Positions 9,203-20,009 are shown, counted from the first letter of the stretch. The stretch: DNA of 64,000 nt from Candidatus Limnocylindria bacterium (GCA_036389935.1 DASWCU010000064.1:3628-67627); one strand, 5' to 3'. Notes: a model not told the origin generated them from the letters alone. Translations and numbers: made by a program.

Positions 9203-10324
9203 ATGGCCGTCGCCTCCGATCAGCCTCGGCTGTACGCTGCCCGCGCGGGCACTGCCGATTGGGGGATCTCCGTGCTCAAGGCCCGTGGCGTCGCGCATCG
9301 CGGCCCCGAGCCGTCCTGGGTGCCGCCATCCGACTGGCGACGGTTCGAGACGCTCGACGCGCACGCCGCGGGCGAACCGCTGCGCCTCGTGGTCTCGGGC
9401 GTCCCGCCGATCCCCGGAGCGACGATGGTCGAACGACGGCTCTACGCGCGCGAGCACCTCGATGACCTCCGTCGCGCGCTGATGTTCGAGCCGCGCGGAC
9501 ACGCCGACATGTACGGCGCGATCCTCACGGCCCCGGCCACGGACGACGCGGACGCCGGCGTGCTGTTCATGCACAACGAGGGCTGGAGCACCATGTGCGG
9601 CCACGGCGTCATCGCCGTCGTCACCGCGGGTATCGAGGCGGGACTCCTTCCGCGGCGCTCACCGGTCCGGCTGGACACGCCGGCCGGACGCGTGTCGGCG
9701 CACTCGACCATCTCCGGCGAGCGCGTCGAGCGGGTGCGCTTCGAGAACGTGCCGGCGTTCGTGCTGGCGCTCGACGAGAGCGTCGAGGTCGGCGGCCTCG
9801 GGCGCGTGCGCTACGACCTCGCCTTCGGCGGGGCGTTCTACGCGTACGTGGACGCGACGGCCCTCGGGTTCGAGCTCGTCCCGGAACGCGCCCGCGAGCT
9901 CATCGAAGCCGGCAGCGCCATCAAGGCGGCGGTCGTGCGCGCGCGGCCCATCGAGCACCCCTTCGAGCCGGAGCTGTCATTCCTCTACGGCACGATCTTC
10001 GTCGGGCCCGGCCGGAACGCGCCCGGGAGCTCACGACACGTCTGCATCTTCGCCGCCGGCGAGCTCGATCGGTCACCGACCGGTACGGGCGTGAGCGGCC
10101 GGGCCGCCATCGAGCACGCCCGCGGCCGCGTGGCGATCGGCGAGCGGTTCGTGGTGGAGAGCATCATCGGCTCCGAGTTCACGGGCCTCGTCGAACGCGC
10201 GACGACGTTCGGCCCGCATCCGGCGGTCGTCCCGAGCGTCGAGGGCCGCGCGTGGATCACCGGGCGCCACCGCTTCTACGTCGCGCCCGACGATCCGTTC
10301 GCGGGCGGCTTCCTGATCCGGTAG
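9203..10324 (+). CDS. proline racemase / hydroxyproline epimerase-dehydratase family protein
   Basis: 'DAHAAGEPLRLVV', 'SPTGTGVSGRAA' and other Pro_racemase family motifs; true start may be downstream of the first in-frame start. Confidence 0.7.
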   Translation: MAVASDQPRLYAARAGTADWGISVLKARGVAHRGPEPSWVPPSDWRRFETLDAHAAGEPLRLVVSGVPPIPGATMVERRLYAREHLDDLRRALMFEPRGHADMYGAILTAPATDDADAGVLFMHNEGWSTMCGHGVIAVVTAGIEAGLLPRRSPVRLDTPAGRVSAHSTISGERVERVRFENVPAFVLALDESVEVGGLGRVRYDLAFGGAFYAYVDATALGFELVPERARELIEAGSAIKAAVVRARPIEHPFEPELSFLYGTIFVGPGRNAPGSSRHVCIFAAGELDRSPTGTGVSGRAAIEHARGRVAIGERFVVESIIGSEFTGLVERATTFGPHPAVVPSVEGRAWITGRHRFYVAPDDPFAGGFLIR

Positions 10325-11574
10325 TCCCTCCCACTCAGCCGCATGTACGCGAGCGCCGCGAGCGAGACGGCCGCGATCCATCCGAGGAGCGCGCCGGTCA
10401 GGAGCAGCACGAGGCCGCACGCGACGAACGCGCTCGCGGCGGCGTACCGGAGCGGAGGACGCAGGAGCCGGACCGCCGCCGCCATCGACAGCACGTACGT
10501 GGCGATGAACGACGACGTGCTGAGCGGCAGGAGATCGGCGATCCCCAGCCTGACCAGATAGGCGACCGCGAGGGCGATCGCCGCGAGCGAGAAGAGCACG
10601 AGGATCGCCCGCCGCGGCACACCCGCCGGGCCGAGCTCGCCGAGCCACCCGGGCAGCTGGCGGCGACGCGCGAGCGCCGCGGCCAATCGCGTGATGCCCG
10701 CCACGTACGCGTTCACCACGGGGAACGAGAGCACGAACCCGCCGAGGCCCACGATCCAGCCGGCGGAGGGCCCGAACGACCGCGTCGCGAGGCTGACCAG
10801 GGGCGCGCTGGCGACCACCGATTCGCCATATGCGCGTGTGCCCACGGTGACGACCGAGAGCGACACGTAGAACGCGCCGACGACGAGCACAGCGAGGAAG
10901 CTCGCCCGCCAGATGTCCCGTCTGTCGCGGAACTCACCCGCGAGTGGCGTGATGGCCTCCCATCCGACGAAGGCCCAGAAAAGCTGGACCGCCGCCACAC
11001 CGACCGCGGCGGGTCCGTTCGGGAAGAACGGCGAGAAGGCCGACGGATCCACCTCGGGCATCGCGCGCGCGATGACGACGAAGATGACGAGCGCGATGAT
11101 CCCGACGGCCACCGCCTGCGCGGTCGCGCTGACACGCAGGCCGACGAGGTTCAGGCCGAACGCGAGGAGTACGAGGGCGGCACCACCGAGGAACGCGGCA
11201 TCTCGACCGCCGCCGAACGCGCCGGCCGCGGATCCGCCGGCGATGAGCGCCGCGACCACGAACCCCGTCGGCGTCTGCGCGAGGAAGATCCAGCCCGCGA
11301 CGCCACCCCATTCGCGCCCGAAGGCGCGCTCGATCGCGCCGGCGAAGCCCGCGGCGTCCGGTCGCTGCCGCGCGAGCGCCGCGTACGTGAGGGCCAGCGG
11401 AACAGAGAGGACGACGAGCGCGACCCAGGCGAGCACCGACGCGGGGCCGGCGGTGGCGGCCGCGATGGCGGGGAGGACGAGGATGCCGGTGCCGAGCACC
11501 GCGCCGACGTACAGGGCGACCCCGTGGATGAGGCCGAGCGATCCCTCCTCTGACTCGGCGGGCGCCGCGATCAG
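10276..11574 (-). CDS. APC-family amino acid permease; start codon unresolved
   Basis: 12-TM APC topology 'GSLGLIHGVALYVGAVLGTGILVLP...'; no ATG/GTG/TTG lies between the upstream gene's stop (11571) and the first TM, only CTG/ATC, although a GAGGAGG lies just upstream. Confidence 0.55.
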   Translation of the reverse strand: MIAAPAESEEGSLGLIHGVALYVGAVLGTGILVLPAIAAATAGPASVLAWVALVVLSVPLALTYAALARQRPDAAGFAGAIERAFGREWGGVAGWIFLAQTPTGFVVAALIAGGSAAGAFGGGRDAAFLGGAALVLLAFGLNLVGLRVSATAQAVAVGIIALVIFVVIARAMPEVDPSAFSPFFPNGPAAVGVAAVQLFWAFVGWEAITPLAGEFRDRRDIWRASFLAVLVVGAFYVSLSVVTVGTRAYGESVVASAPLVSLATRSFGPSAGWIVGLGGFVLSFPVVNAYVAGITRLAAALARRRQLPGWLGELGPAGVPRRAILVLFSLAAIALAVAYLVRLGIADLLPLSTSSFIATYVLSMAAAVRLLRPPLRYAAASAFVACGLVLLLTGALLGWIAAVSLAALAYMRLSGRDYRIRKPPANGSSGAT

Positions 11575-12632
11575 GGGCAGGCGCCCGCGTACGTCGTGTC
11601 GGCGTACTGCTCGTACGTGATCGGCGCGCTGATCAGCTTGTAGTCGAGCGCGATCTTCAGCTCGGCGTCGAACCCGGCCCGGCTGATGCAGCCGGTGCCG
11701 AACCCCGTCTTGATGTGGTCGATCGTCTTCGCCACCAGCGAGCGGTCGTAGCCCTGGAACTGCTGGGCCGCCGTCGGATTGGCCAGGATGACGTCCGCGA
11801 TGGTGCTCGAGCTGTTGGCGCGGATGAAGTCGAGCGCCCGCTTCTGCACGTTCACCATCCGCTTCACGAGGTCGGGCTTCGCCGCGATGACGTCCTCCCG
11901 CGTGACGAGCGCCAGGGCGTCCGACCGCTCCGCGCCCACCCACTCCTTCTGGATCCCAGGCGCGTACGCGTCGATGAGGTACACGCCGATGTTGTCGGCG
12001 ATGGTCTTGCTGCCGATCGGCTCGAATGACACGATGGCGTCCACCCGCCCCGACTGCAGGGCCGTGTAGAAGACGGCGTTGTCCCCGCCGAGCGACACGA
12101 GCTCGACATCGCGGTCGGGATCGAGCCCCGCCTTCTTCAGGAAGACGTTCCCGAGGGCCCAGCTTCCCGAGCCCGGGGTGGTGAAGCCGAGCTTCTTGCC
12201 TTTGAGATCCTTGACGCTCTTCACCTGATCCTTGAGCTGCTGGCGGATGATGATCCCGAAGATCTCCTGGTCGTGGAGCTGGGCGACGACCTTGAACGGT
12301 GAGCCGGCGAGCCGGGCCAGCGGGACGTGCACGAAGGCGTAGAGGCCGAAGTCGTACTGCTTCGCGATCATCCCCTGGCGAAGCGTTCCGCTGGATCCGA
12401 TCACGAACTCGGCGAGCTCGATGTTCTCCGCCGCGAAGTAGTCCTTCCCGAGCGCCACCAGGGTCGGCAGGTTCAGCTCCGTCGAGTTGATGCCGGTCAG
12501 GACGACCTTGTCCTTCGCCGGCGCCGGCGTGGCCGCGGCCTGCGATGCTCCCGCCGGCGGCGCCGAGGCGGGCGGCGAGCTGCATGAGGCGAGGAGCGCG
12601 ATGGACACGAAGACCGCGACGATCGAGCGCAT
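11571..12632 (-). CDS. ABC transporter substrate-binding lipoprotein (NMT1/SsuA nitrate-sulfonate-bicarbonate family)
   Basis: ATG at 12632 with RBS GGGGGAAG; lipoprotein signal 'MRSIVAVFVSIALLASCSS'; SsuA/NMT1-like body. Confidence 0.8.
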   Translation of the reverse strand: MRSIVAVFVSIALLASCSSPPASAPPAGASQAAATPAPAKDKVVLTGINSTELNLPTLVALGKDYFAAENIELAEFVIGSSGTLRQGMIAKQYDFGLYAFVHVPLARLAGSPFKVVAQLHDQEIFGIIIRQQLKDQVKSVKDLKGKKLGFTTPGSGSWALGNVFLKKAGLDPDRDVELVSLGGDNAVFYTALQSGRVDAIVSFEPIGSKTIADNIGVYLIDAYAPGIQKEWVGAERSDALALVTREDVIAAKPDLVKRMVNVQKRALDFIRANSSSTIADVILANPTAAQQFQGYDRSLVAKTIDHIKTGFGTGCISRAGFDAELKIALDYKLISAPITYEQYADTTYAGACP

Positions 12633-12643
12633 GCCGCTTCCCC

Positions 12644-13432
12644 CTACGTGCCCAGCACGGCGGACGGCCGCCAGCGGAGCAGCCGGCCTTCGACGCGCTT
12701 GGCGATCTCGACGAGCGTGACGGCGAAGACCATGAGGATCAGAAGGATCAGGTATACGCGTTTCGTGTCGAGCAGCCCGGCCGCGATGTTCAGCCGATAG
12801 CCGAGCCCGGCCGACGCGCCGACGAATTCGCCCACGACCGCGCCCGTGAGCGCGAAGCTCACGCTCGTCCGCAGCGCGGCGAAGATCCAGCTGAACACGG
12901 ATGGGAGCACGACGAAACGCGCGAGGTGCGCGCGGCTGCCGCCCATGACCTGCACCACCTTCACGAGCTCCGGATCGACGGAGCGGATCCCGAGGTACGT
13001 GTTGAAGAAGATGACGAAGAAGACCGTGAAGAAGCTCAAGGCGATCTTCGACGCGATGCCGAGCCCGAGCCACGGCAGCAGGATCGGCGCGACGGCGATG
13101 CGCGGCAGCGAGTTGAGCGACACGAGCACCGGTTCCAGTAGCTCGGACGCCGGTCGCCAGTAGCCGAGCAGCAATCCGAGCGCGGCGCCGCCGACGATGC
13201 CGAGCACGAGGCCGATCATCGCCTCGGTCAGCGTCGTCGTGAGGTCGCGCCAGAACAGACCCGAGGCCGCGTATGGTCCCAGCTCCGCGAGCGCGCTCGA
13301 CGGCCGCGCGAGGATGGCCGGGCTCACCGCGACGAAGCCCAGCCCGAGACCGCCGGTGACGGCCTCCCACGCGGCGAACAGCGCCACGATGAGCACGGTG
13401 CGACGGACGGCGAGCGAGAGCGTGCGATTCAC
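12644..13432 (-). CDS. ABC transporter permease (SsuC/TauC-like)
   Basis: BPD_transp_1 EAA-type region; GTG start in a GTGA overlap with the ATPase stop. Confidence 0.8.
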   Translation of the reverse strand: MNRTLSLAVRRTVLIVALFAAWEAVTGGLGLGFVAVSPAILARPSSALAELGPYAASGLFWRDLTTTLTEAMIGLVLGIVGGAALGLLLGYWRPASELLEPVLVSLNSLPRIAVAPILLPWLGLGIASKIALSFFTVFFVIFFNTYLGIRSVDPELVKVVQVMGGSRAHLARFVVLPSVFSWIFAALRTSVSFALTGAVVGEFVGASAGLGYRLNIAAGLLDTKRVYLILLILMVFAVTLVEIAKRVEGRLLRWRPSAVLGT

Positions 13433-14226
13433 GCGGGCGGCGCCTCCGTGGCGGGTCGGAACTCGTCGCGCAGTGACCGCCAGATCGTCGTCTCGAGCTC
13501 GCCGAACTCGGGTGAGCCGCGCAGCCCGAACGCGTCGCGTGGATGCGGAAGCGCGATCTGGTAGATGGCCTTCACCGCGCCTGGCCGTCGCGACAGGACG
13601 ACCACGCGCTGCCCGAGGATGATCGCCTCGGCGAGATCGTGGGTGACGAAGAGGATCGTGCGCGGCGAGAGCTGCCAGATGCGCAGCAGCTCCGACTGCA
13701 GGATCATCCGATTCTGCGCGTCGAGCGCACCGAACGGCTCGTCCATGAGGATCGTGTGCGGGTCGTAGGCCAGGGTCCGCATGAGCGCCGCCCGCTGGCG
13801 CATGCCGCCGGAGATCTGGTGCGGGTAGTAGCGCTCGAAGCCGTCCAGCCCGGCGACGCGGATGAGCTCGCGGGTGCGCTCGGTGCGCTCCCGCGCACCG
13901 ATGCCCCGGATGTCGAGACCGAGCCCGATGTTCTCGGAGACGGTCCGCCATGGGAGTAGCGCGTCGCGCTGGAACACGTATCCGAGGTTCTGTTCGCGGC
14001 GGGAGCGCCGGCCCAGGGGCGTCCCGTCGACGCGGATGCTGCCGCGCACGTCGCAGTCGGCCGGGTCGAGCAGGTCAGCGACCGCGCTCAGCAGCGTCGA
14101 TTTGCCGCAGCCGCTCGGTCCGACGATGGCCACGAACTCGCCGTCCGCGATCTCGAGCGAGACATCGCGCAGCGCTTCGACGCCGGCCCGGAAGCGGATC
14201 CCGACGTGTTCGAGCGAGACGCTCAC
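13429..14226 (-). CDS. ABC transporter ATP-binding protein (SsuB/TauB-like)
   Basis: Walker A 'GPSGCGKST', signature 'ISGGMRQRAA', Walker B 'ILMDEPFGALD'; the ORF's first start (ATG 14418) is only 10 bp from the divergent GNAT ATG, so I use the GTG at 14226 (VSVSLEHVGIRF), giving a typical ~265 aa. Confidence 0.7.
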   Translation of the reverse strand: MSVSLEHVGIRFRAGVEALRDVSLEIADGEFVAIVGPSGCGKSTLLSAVADLLDPADCDVRGSIRVDGTPLGRRSRREQNLGYVFQRDALLPWRTVSENIGLGLDIRGIGARERTERTRELIRVAGLDGFERYYPHQISGGMRQRAALMRTLAYDPHTILMDEPFGALDAQNRMILQSELLRIWQLSPRTILFVTHDLAEAIILGQRVVVLSRRPGAVKAIYQIALPHPRDAFGLRGSPEFGELETTIWRSLRDEFRPATEAPPA

Positions 14227-14427
14227 CGAAGCGGTCGCCGCTTCGGCGCGATCGTCTCGTGGCTCTCGTCGATCGACCAACCCGGCAGGCAGAGGGCCCG
14301 CTCGACGAGCGCCTGTCGCGCGGCGCGAACGCTCGCCATCGCGGCGCAGACTGCCACGTCCTCGGGATGCGCGTCGATGGCGCGGCCTGCCGAAGGCGAT
14401 GGGAACGGCCGGTAGCATCGCGTCACG

Positions 14428-14997
14428 GTGATGCCAGCGCCCGATGCCGTCGCGCCGATCCGCTCGGAGCGGCTCGACCTTGTATCGCTCTCGCCCGACC
14501 TGCTCGACGCGTTCATCGCGGGCGATCGGCTCGCGGCTCGGCGGCTCGCCGACTTCGCCTTCCCTCGCGATTTCCCGGGCGAGGCGCTCGGTCTCCTCCG
14601 CTTCCGCCGCCGGCAGATCGCGGACGACCCGGAGTGGCGGCCGTGGGCGCTGCGCGCGGTCGTCTTACGCGAGCCGGAGCGGGTCATGGTCGGCTTCGCG
14701 AACTTCCACGGTCCGCCCGGCGTGAACGACCTGGCGCAGCCGGGTGCGGCGGAGACCGGCTACACGATCTTCGAGCCGCATCGCAACCGCGGCTACGCGA
14801 CCGAGGTCGCGCGAGTGATGATGGCCTGGGCGGAGCGCGAGCACGGCGTCCACCATTTCATCTCGGGCGTCACGCCGGACAACCTGCCGTCGCTCAGGGT
14901 GAACGCGAAGCTGGGCTTCGTTCGGACCGGCGACTTCATCGACGGCGAGCTCATCTTCGAGCTGCGGCGGCCCGTCGGCGAGCGGACGCGGCGGTAG
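14428..14997 (+). CDS. GNAT family N-acetyltransferase (RimJ/RimL-like)
   Basis: 189 aa, Acetyltransf_3-like 'RNRGYATEVARVMMAWA'. Confidence 0.7.
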   Translation: MMPAPDAVAPIRSERLDLVSLSPDLLDAFIAGDRLAARRLADFAFPRDFPGEALGLLRFRRRQIADDPEWRPWALRAVVLREPERVMVGFANFHGPPGVNDLAQPGAAETGYTIFEPHRNRGYATEVARVMMAWAEREHGVHHFISGVTPDNLPSLRVNAKLGFVRTGDFIDGELIFELRRPVGERTRR

Positions 14998-15147
14998 TCG
15001 CCGCCGTTGGGCCGAAGGTCCCTCTGTAACGGGACTACCGGCCCGTGCGAGTCGCGTGCCTCGCGACTAGGCTCGCTGTCGACGGCACCGGCTCGGGATG
15101 GGGGTGCTTGTTCGGGCGGGCGTGCCGAGCCGGGGAAGGATCGAGCC

Positions 15148-15474
15148 ATGGCCGAGTACGGCGATTTCATTTGCGTTGCGGAGTCGCATCAGACGCCAGC
15201 GGCCGGAGGCAGCGGCATCTTCTCGTATCAGGGCTGCCTCGCCTACTGCCCGGCCGGTGCCGGATCCGGTCACCGCTGGTCGAGGGTGGGCGCCCTCCCG
15301 TTCGATGTCCTTCGGCGGAGCGCTGTGCTGCACCGCACGGACCATCCAGGCGCCCGGACTCCGCCGCGCTCGTTCACCGCGTCGACCGGCCTCCCCCGCA
15401 CGCTCTGGGATCCCTCGGAGCGACTCGATGACGGGCGCGGGGAGCGGAGCGACCTCGAGGTGGCGCGCCGCTAG
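15148..15474 (+). CDS. hypothetical small Cys-containing protein
   Basis: ATG with RBS GGAAGGA, high GC3, CxxxC (GCLAYCPAG); no recognisable family. Confidence 0.35.
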   Translation: MAEYGDFICVAESHQTPAAGGSGIFSYQGCLAYCPAGAGSGHRWSRVGALPFDVLRRSAVLHRTDHPGARTPPRSFTASTGLPRTLWDPSERLDDGRGERSDLEVARR

Positions 15475-15475
15475 C

Positions 15476-17539
15476 TCAGTCCGGGTTGCCGAGCACGACG
15501 TCAGCCGATCCCGGGATGTTCCACGCGTTCGACCCGAGGTCGGTGATGCCCGAGCTGTCGATGACCGTCGCCGGCACCTGTAGGCCGAGGGCCGTGCCCG
15601 AGGCGACGAGCGCCGGGGCGCTTGACAGGGTCAGCGTGAGGACGCGGCTCGGGAGGTAGGTGGTCGTCCCGAGCTTCTCGTTGGACGTGTTCAGCGCGCA
15701 GGCCGCGTTCGTGCCGCAGACGAAGTCGCCGATGGTGCCGTCGGCGTCCCGTGCCCGGATCGTCGCGCCCAGGCCCGGCAGCTTCATGTCCTTGTTGAAC
15801 GCGATCTTGATGACGTCGCCCGCGTCGAAGATCGACCCGAGGCCCGCCGAGGTCACCAGGCGCGCGTCGCTCGAAGTCGGGGCGGTCGAAGTGCCGATCG
15901 GCGTCGGCGGGTTCGCGATCGTCGCCGGATTCGCGTAGCCCCAGGCGATCACGGTCGTCGCCGGATTCGTCGCGCCGACCCGGTAGCAGTACGCCCCGCT
16001 CGCGAGGTCGCGCTCGACGAACGTCGCGGTGTTCGATCCGGTCGGGATCGCGACCGTGCCGCGCTGGGCGTACGTGCCGCTCCCGGAGTCGCAGCTGATC
16101 GGCAGGCCCGTGGCCGTGGCGCGCTGCACGACGTACGAGATGCCGTCCACGTTGGTGGCCGCCTCGGTGAGCGTGAGCTGGATGTCGTCGGCCACGGTCC
16201 CGCTGTCGTAGCTGTCGACCGCCGCCTGGACCGTCGGGGCCGCGCGTCCGACGTCGTTCGTCAGGTTGAACGTCGACTGCCCGGCGGGATTCGGGTCATA
16301 CCCGAGCGTGACGGTGTCACCGCTGGAGATCACCTGCTCGAACTGGGCCTTGGTGATCCCGACGCTTCCATACTGGAACACGTCGTTCGTGTCGTAGTAG
16401 AAGGTCTGGGTGCCGCCGGCGTCCGTGAAGCTGTCCGCCGCGACGTTCGCGACCCCGACCGTGATCGTCTGCGCGCCGAACGGCGCTTCGGGCGGCACGA
16501 AGGCCACGCTGCCGCCCACGCCGACCGCCTCGATCGGCTCGTTGCGTGAATTCAGGTCGAGCGCGTCGTTGCTGTTCGCGTCGACGAACACGATCGGCCG
16601 GACCCACGCGTTCCCCGTCGAGGACGTAACCGTGAAGTCGATCGAGCCGCTCGGCGGGATCGCGACGCAGCGCACGAAGCTCGTTCCGTTCGCGACGCCG
16701 GCGACGCTCGCGAACACGGCGGCCGACGACACGTCGGCGCGGTCGTTGCCGACGACGAAGCCCGAGCCATCCGTCTCGCCGTCGCGGAACGTCCCGTCCG
16801 TCGGATAGGTCGCCGCGTCGACGAACGCGAGGTCGACACAGCCTGAGTTCCCCGTGACCTGGGCCGTGTACGCGCGAGTCGTCGCCACGTTCGTCGTCGC
16901 GGCGGCCGTCGGCGACACCGTCACGCCGGTCGGTGGCGGGGTGCCCGTCTTCACGGTCACCTGCCAGAAGACGCCGACATCCTCCATCCAGTTCGCGCCC
17001 TCGACAAGGGGCCGCACGTACAGCCGGTAGGTGCCCGCCTGCAGGGGCGCCTGGATCGTGAACTGGAACCACGCGACCTGGTTGGGGCCGACGTAGCTCG
17101 CCGGCTGCGCCGCGACGCGGTTGTAACGTGGCCATCCGGTCGCCGGCGAGCCGAGGGTGCCGTCGCCGCCGAGCGAGCTCGCCAGATCCTGGCCCGGGAT
17201 CGGGTTCCAAGTGCCGAGGAACGCCATCTCGCCGAGGCGGCCGGAGACCCAGCCGCGCGCGCCGGAGTTGTAGTACGCGACGACGGCCGTCGAGCGCTCG
17301 CCCGGGCACAGCGTCGGATAGCCTGATTGCCCATACCAGGAGGCGTGGAACCCCTCCAGCCCCGACGGTCGGGTGGCCGGAGGCGGGATCCCCGGCCCGA
17401 CGCTCGACACGCAGGTCGCGTCCCGCGCGGGCGGTGCCGGCGGGGGCAATGCGGCGACACTCGGAACCGCGCCCACGACGAGGAGCACGACCGCCGCGAA
17501 GGGCGTCGCCAGCCGCGTTATCCCCACCCCGATCGACAT
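15476..17539 (-). CDS. large secreted repetitive Thr/Ala/Gly-rich cell-surface protein
   Basis: N-terminal signal peptide (MSIGVGITRLATPFAAVVLLVVGAVPSVAA), ~690 aa of beta-rich repeats; ATG at 17539 preferred over the upstream TTG. Confidence 0.55.
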   Translation of the reverse strand: MSIGVGITRLATPFAAVVLLVVGAVPSVAALPPPAPPARDATCVSSVGPGIPPPATRPSGLEGFHASWYGQSGYPTLCPGERSTAVVAYYNSGARGWVSGRLGEMAFLGTWNPIPGQDLASSLGGDGTLGSPATGWPRYNRVAAQPASYVGPNQVAWFQFTIQAPLQAGTYRLYVRPLVEGANWMEDVGVFWQVTVKTGTPPPTGVTVSPTAAATTNVATTRAYTAQVTGNSGCVDLAFVDAATYPTDGTFRDGETDGSGFVVGNDRADVSSAAVFASVAGVANGTSFVRCVAIPPSGSIDFTVTSSTGNAWVRPIVFVDANSNDALDLNSRNEPIEAVGVGGSVAFVPPEAPFGAQTITVGVANVAADSFTDAGGTQTFYYDTNDVFQYGSVGITKAQFEQVISSGDTVTLGYDPNPAGQSTFNLTNDVGRAAPTVQAAVDSYDSGTVADDIQLTLTEAATNVDGISYVVQRATATGLPISCDSGSGTYAQRGTVAIPTGSNTATFVERDLASGAYCYRVGATNPATTVIAWGYANPATIANPPTPIGTSTAPTSSDARLVTSAGLGSIFDAGDVIKIAFNKDMKLPGLGATIRARDADGTIGDFVCGTNAACALNTSNEKLGTTTYLPSRVLTLTLSSAPALVASGTALGLQVPATVIDSSGITDLGSNAWNIPGSADVVLGNPD

Positions 17540-17587
17540 CGGAGCCTGAAGGGTACGCCCCCGCGCGATCAAGTTCCCGGAGGGCTG

Positions 17588-18274
17588 CTACGTCGGGGGC
17601 GTCGCCCCGAACTCGCTCATGTGACCGGTCACCTCGTAGATGGCACGCTCGCAGATGTTCTGGACCCGGTCCCCCATCCGCTCGAGGTTGTGTGCGGCCC
17701 AGAGCAGCCAGGTCGCGCGGTCGATCGTCGTCGGGTCGGCGAGCATGTAGGTCAGCAGCTCCCGGTACACCTGGTCGTAGAGCCGGTCGATCTCGTCGTC
17801 CTGCGCGCCGATCGCCTCGGCCAGCTGCGCGTTCTTCGTGATGAGCGCATCGATCGAGCCGCGCAGGCCCTGCCGGACGACGGACGCCATGCGCGGGATG
17901 TCGACGAGCGGCTTGAGGAGCGGCCGGTCCTCATGGAGAAGCGTGATCTTGCCGATCCCGACGCAGTAGTCACCGATCCGCTCGAGCTCGCTGATCACGT
18001 TGAGCACCGCGATGATGAAGCGCAGATCACCCGCGATCGGCTGCTGCATCGCGATGAGGTGGACGGCTTTGTCCTCGATGGCGAACCGCAGCTCGTTGAT
18101 CTCGTGATCGGCGGCCATCACGCGCTCGGCGCCGCGGCGGTCCAGGCGCGCGAGCGTCGCGACGCTCCGCTCGATCGCGACGTCGACGAGGCTCGCGAGC
18201 CGTCGGAGGTCGCGCCGGAGCTGCTCGAGGCCGTCGTCGAGCGCCGCGCGCGAATGGATCGTCCGGACGGCCAT
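17588..18274 (-). CDS. phoU: phosphate transport system regulator PhoU
   Basis: PhoU repeats; ATG overlaps the pstB stop (TGATG). Confidence 0.85.
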   Translation of the reverse strand: MAVRTIHSRAALDDGLEQLRRDLRRLASLVDVAIERSVATLARLDRRGAERVMAADHEINELRFAIEDKAVHLIAMQQPIAGDLRFIIAVLNVISELERIGDYCVGIGKITLLHEDRPLLKPLVDIPRMASVVRQGLRGSIDALITKNAQLAEAIGAQDDEIDRLYDQVYRELLTYMLADPTTIDRATWLLWAAHNLERMGDRVQNICERAIYEVTGHMSEFGATPPT

Positions 18275-19128
18275 CAGCCGAACCGTCCGGTGATGTAGGC
18301 CTCGGTCCGGGCGTCGCGCGGCGTCGTGAACACGTCCTCCGTCCGGCCGTGCTCCACGAGCCGGCCGACACCGTCGTCGCCGGCGAGCATGAACGCCGTG
18401 TGCTCGCTCACGCGTGAGGCCTGCTGCATGTTGTGGGTCACGATCACGATCGTCACCTCGCTGGACAGCTCGCGCACGAGCTCCTCGATCCGATACGTGG
18501 CGAGCGGGTCCAGTGCCGATGCCGGCTCGTCCATCAGCAGGACCTCCGGATCCGTCGCGAGCGCACGGGCGATGCACAGCCGCTGCTGCTGCCCGCCCGA
18601 GAGCGCCGCGCCCGACCGCTGGAGCTTCTCCTTCACCTCGTCCCAGAGCGCCGCCCGGCGGAGATTCCGCTCGACCAGCTCGTCGAGCTCCCCGCGGGCG
18701 AGGCGCCAGCCGCGCAGCCGCGGTCCGGCGGCGACGTTCTCGTAGACGCTCATCATCGGGAACGGGTTTGGCTTCTGGAAGACCATCCCGACCATGCTCC
18801 GGACCTCGACCGGGTCGGTGCCCGGCCAGTAGATGTCCTGCGGGCCGAGGAACACCTGTCCCGTCACCCGCGCTCCCGGCGTGAGCTCGTGCATCCGGTC
18901 GAGGCAGCGCAGGAGCGTCGACTTACCGCACCCCGACGGCCCGATGATCGCGGTGACGCTGCCCCTCACGATGTCGAGGCTCACGTCACCGATCGCCTGG
19001 GCCTGGCCGTACCACGCGGAGAGCCGCTCGATGCCGACCGCGCGTTCGGCCGATCGCTCCCGCCGCGGCCCCGGCTGGGGCACGCGCTCGGCCGCCGGCC
19101 GCCGCGCGATGGGCTCGCTGACCGTCAT
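18274..19128 (-). CDS. pstB: phosphate ABC transporter ATP-binding protein PstB
   Basis: Walker A 'GPSGCGKST', '[14 protein letters not shown]'; ATGA overlap with pstA. Confidence 0.9.
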   Translation of the reverse strand: MTVSEPIARRPAAERVPQPGPRRERSAERAVGIERLSAWYGQAQAIGDVSLDIVRGSVTAIIGPSGCGKSTLLRCLDRMHELTPGARVTGQVFLGPQDIYWPGTDPVEVRSMVGMVFQKPNPFPMMSVYENVAAGPRLRGWRLARGELDELVERNLRRAALWDEVKEKLQRSGAALSGGQQQRLCIARALATDPEVLLMDEPASALDPLATYRIEELVRELSSEVTIVIVTHNMQQASRVSEHTAFMLAGDDGVGRLVEHGRTEDVFTTPRDARTEAYITGRFG

Positions 19129-20009
19129 GCGATCGTCCGCCGCGTCACGATACGCAACGTCAGGCTGAGGAGCGCGATGACGAGGACGAGGACGAGCGAC
19201 GCGCCCCAGGCCTTCGTGTGCCAGTCGTCGTAGGGCGCGACCGCGTACTGATAGATCTGGAGCGGAAGCGCCGCGAGCGGGCGCAGCAGATCCGTGCTGA
19301 AGAACTGGTTTCCGAGCGAGGTCAGGAGCAGGGGCGCCGTCTCCCCGGCCGCGCGCGCGATCGCGAGGACCGAGGCGGTGACGATGCCGGCGCGCGCGCT
19401 CGGCAGGACGACCCGGAGGATGACCCGCCACCGGGGTGCCCCGAGCGACAGCGCGGCCTCGCGGAACGATTGCGGGACGAGCCGGAGGACCTCCTCCACG
19501 GTCCGCGCGACGATCGGCGCCATGATGATCGCGAGCGCCGTGGCGCCGGCGATCCCGGCGTAATGGCCCACCACGTTCCGTACCAGGAAGGCCCAGACGA
19601 ACACGCCGACGACGATCGAGGGCAAGCCGGCGATGAGCTCGGCCGCGAAGCGCACCGGGCCGGCGAACCGGCCGGATCGGTACTCGACCACGAAGATCGC
19701 CGCGGCGGTGCCGACGGGGATGGCGATCGCGGCCGACACCGCGCCGAGCAGCAACGTCCCGATCAGCGCGGGCGCGACGCCGCCGCCGGTTTCGCCGAAC
19801 GGCTTCGGGCGTTGCGTGAAGAAGTCGACGTTGAGCGCCGGAAGCCCACGGACGACGACGTAGCCGAGGATCGTCGCGAGCAGCGAGACGGAGATGGTCG
19901 TGGCGGCGATGAACAGGGCGACCATCAGGCGCTGCCGCGCGTGCCGCCGGGACGAGACGCGGTGCCGCGCCGGCGCGACGAACCTCGCGGCGGCCGCGGT
20001 CGTCGCCAT
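19125..20009 (-). CDS. pstA: phosphate ABC transporter permease PstA
   Basis: PstA-type permease; TGATG overlap with the pstC stop. Confidence 0.85.
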   Translation of the reverse strand: MATTAAAARFVAPARHRVSSRRHARQRLMVALFIAATTISVSLLATILGYVVVRGLPALNVDFFTQRPKPFGETGGGVAPALIGTLLLGAVSAAIAIPVGTAAAIFVVEYRSGRFAGPVRFAAELIAGLPSIVVGVFVWAFLVRNVVGHYAGIAGATALAIIMAPIVARTVEEVLRLVPQSFREAALSLGAPRWRVILRVVLPSARAGIVTASVLAIARAAGETAPLLLTSLGNQFFSTDLLRPLAALPLQIYQYAVAPYDDWHTKAWGASLVLVLVIALLSLTLRIVTRRTIA

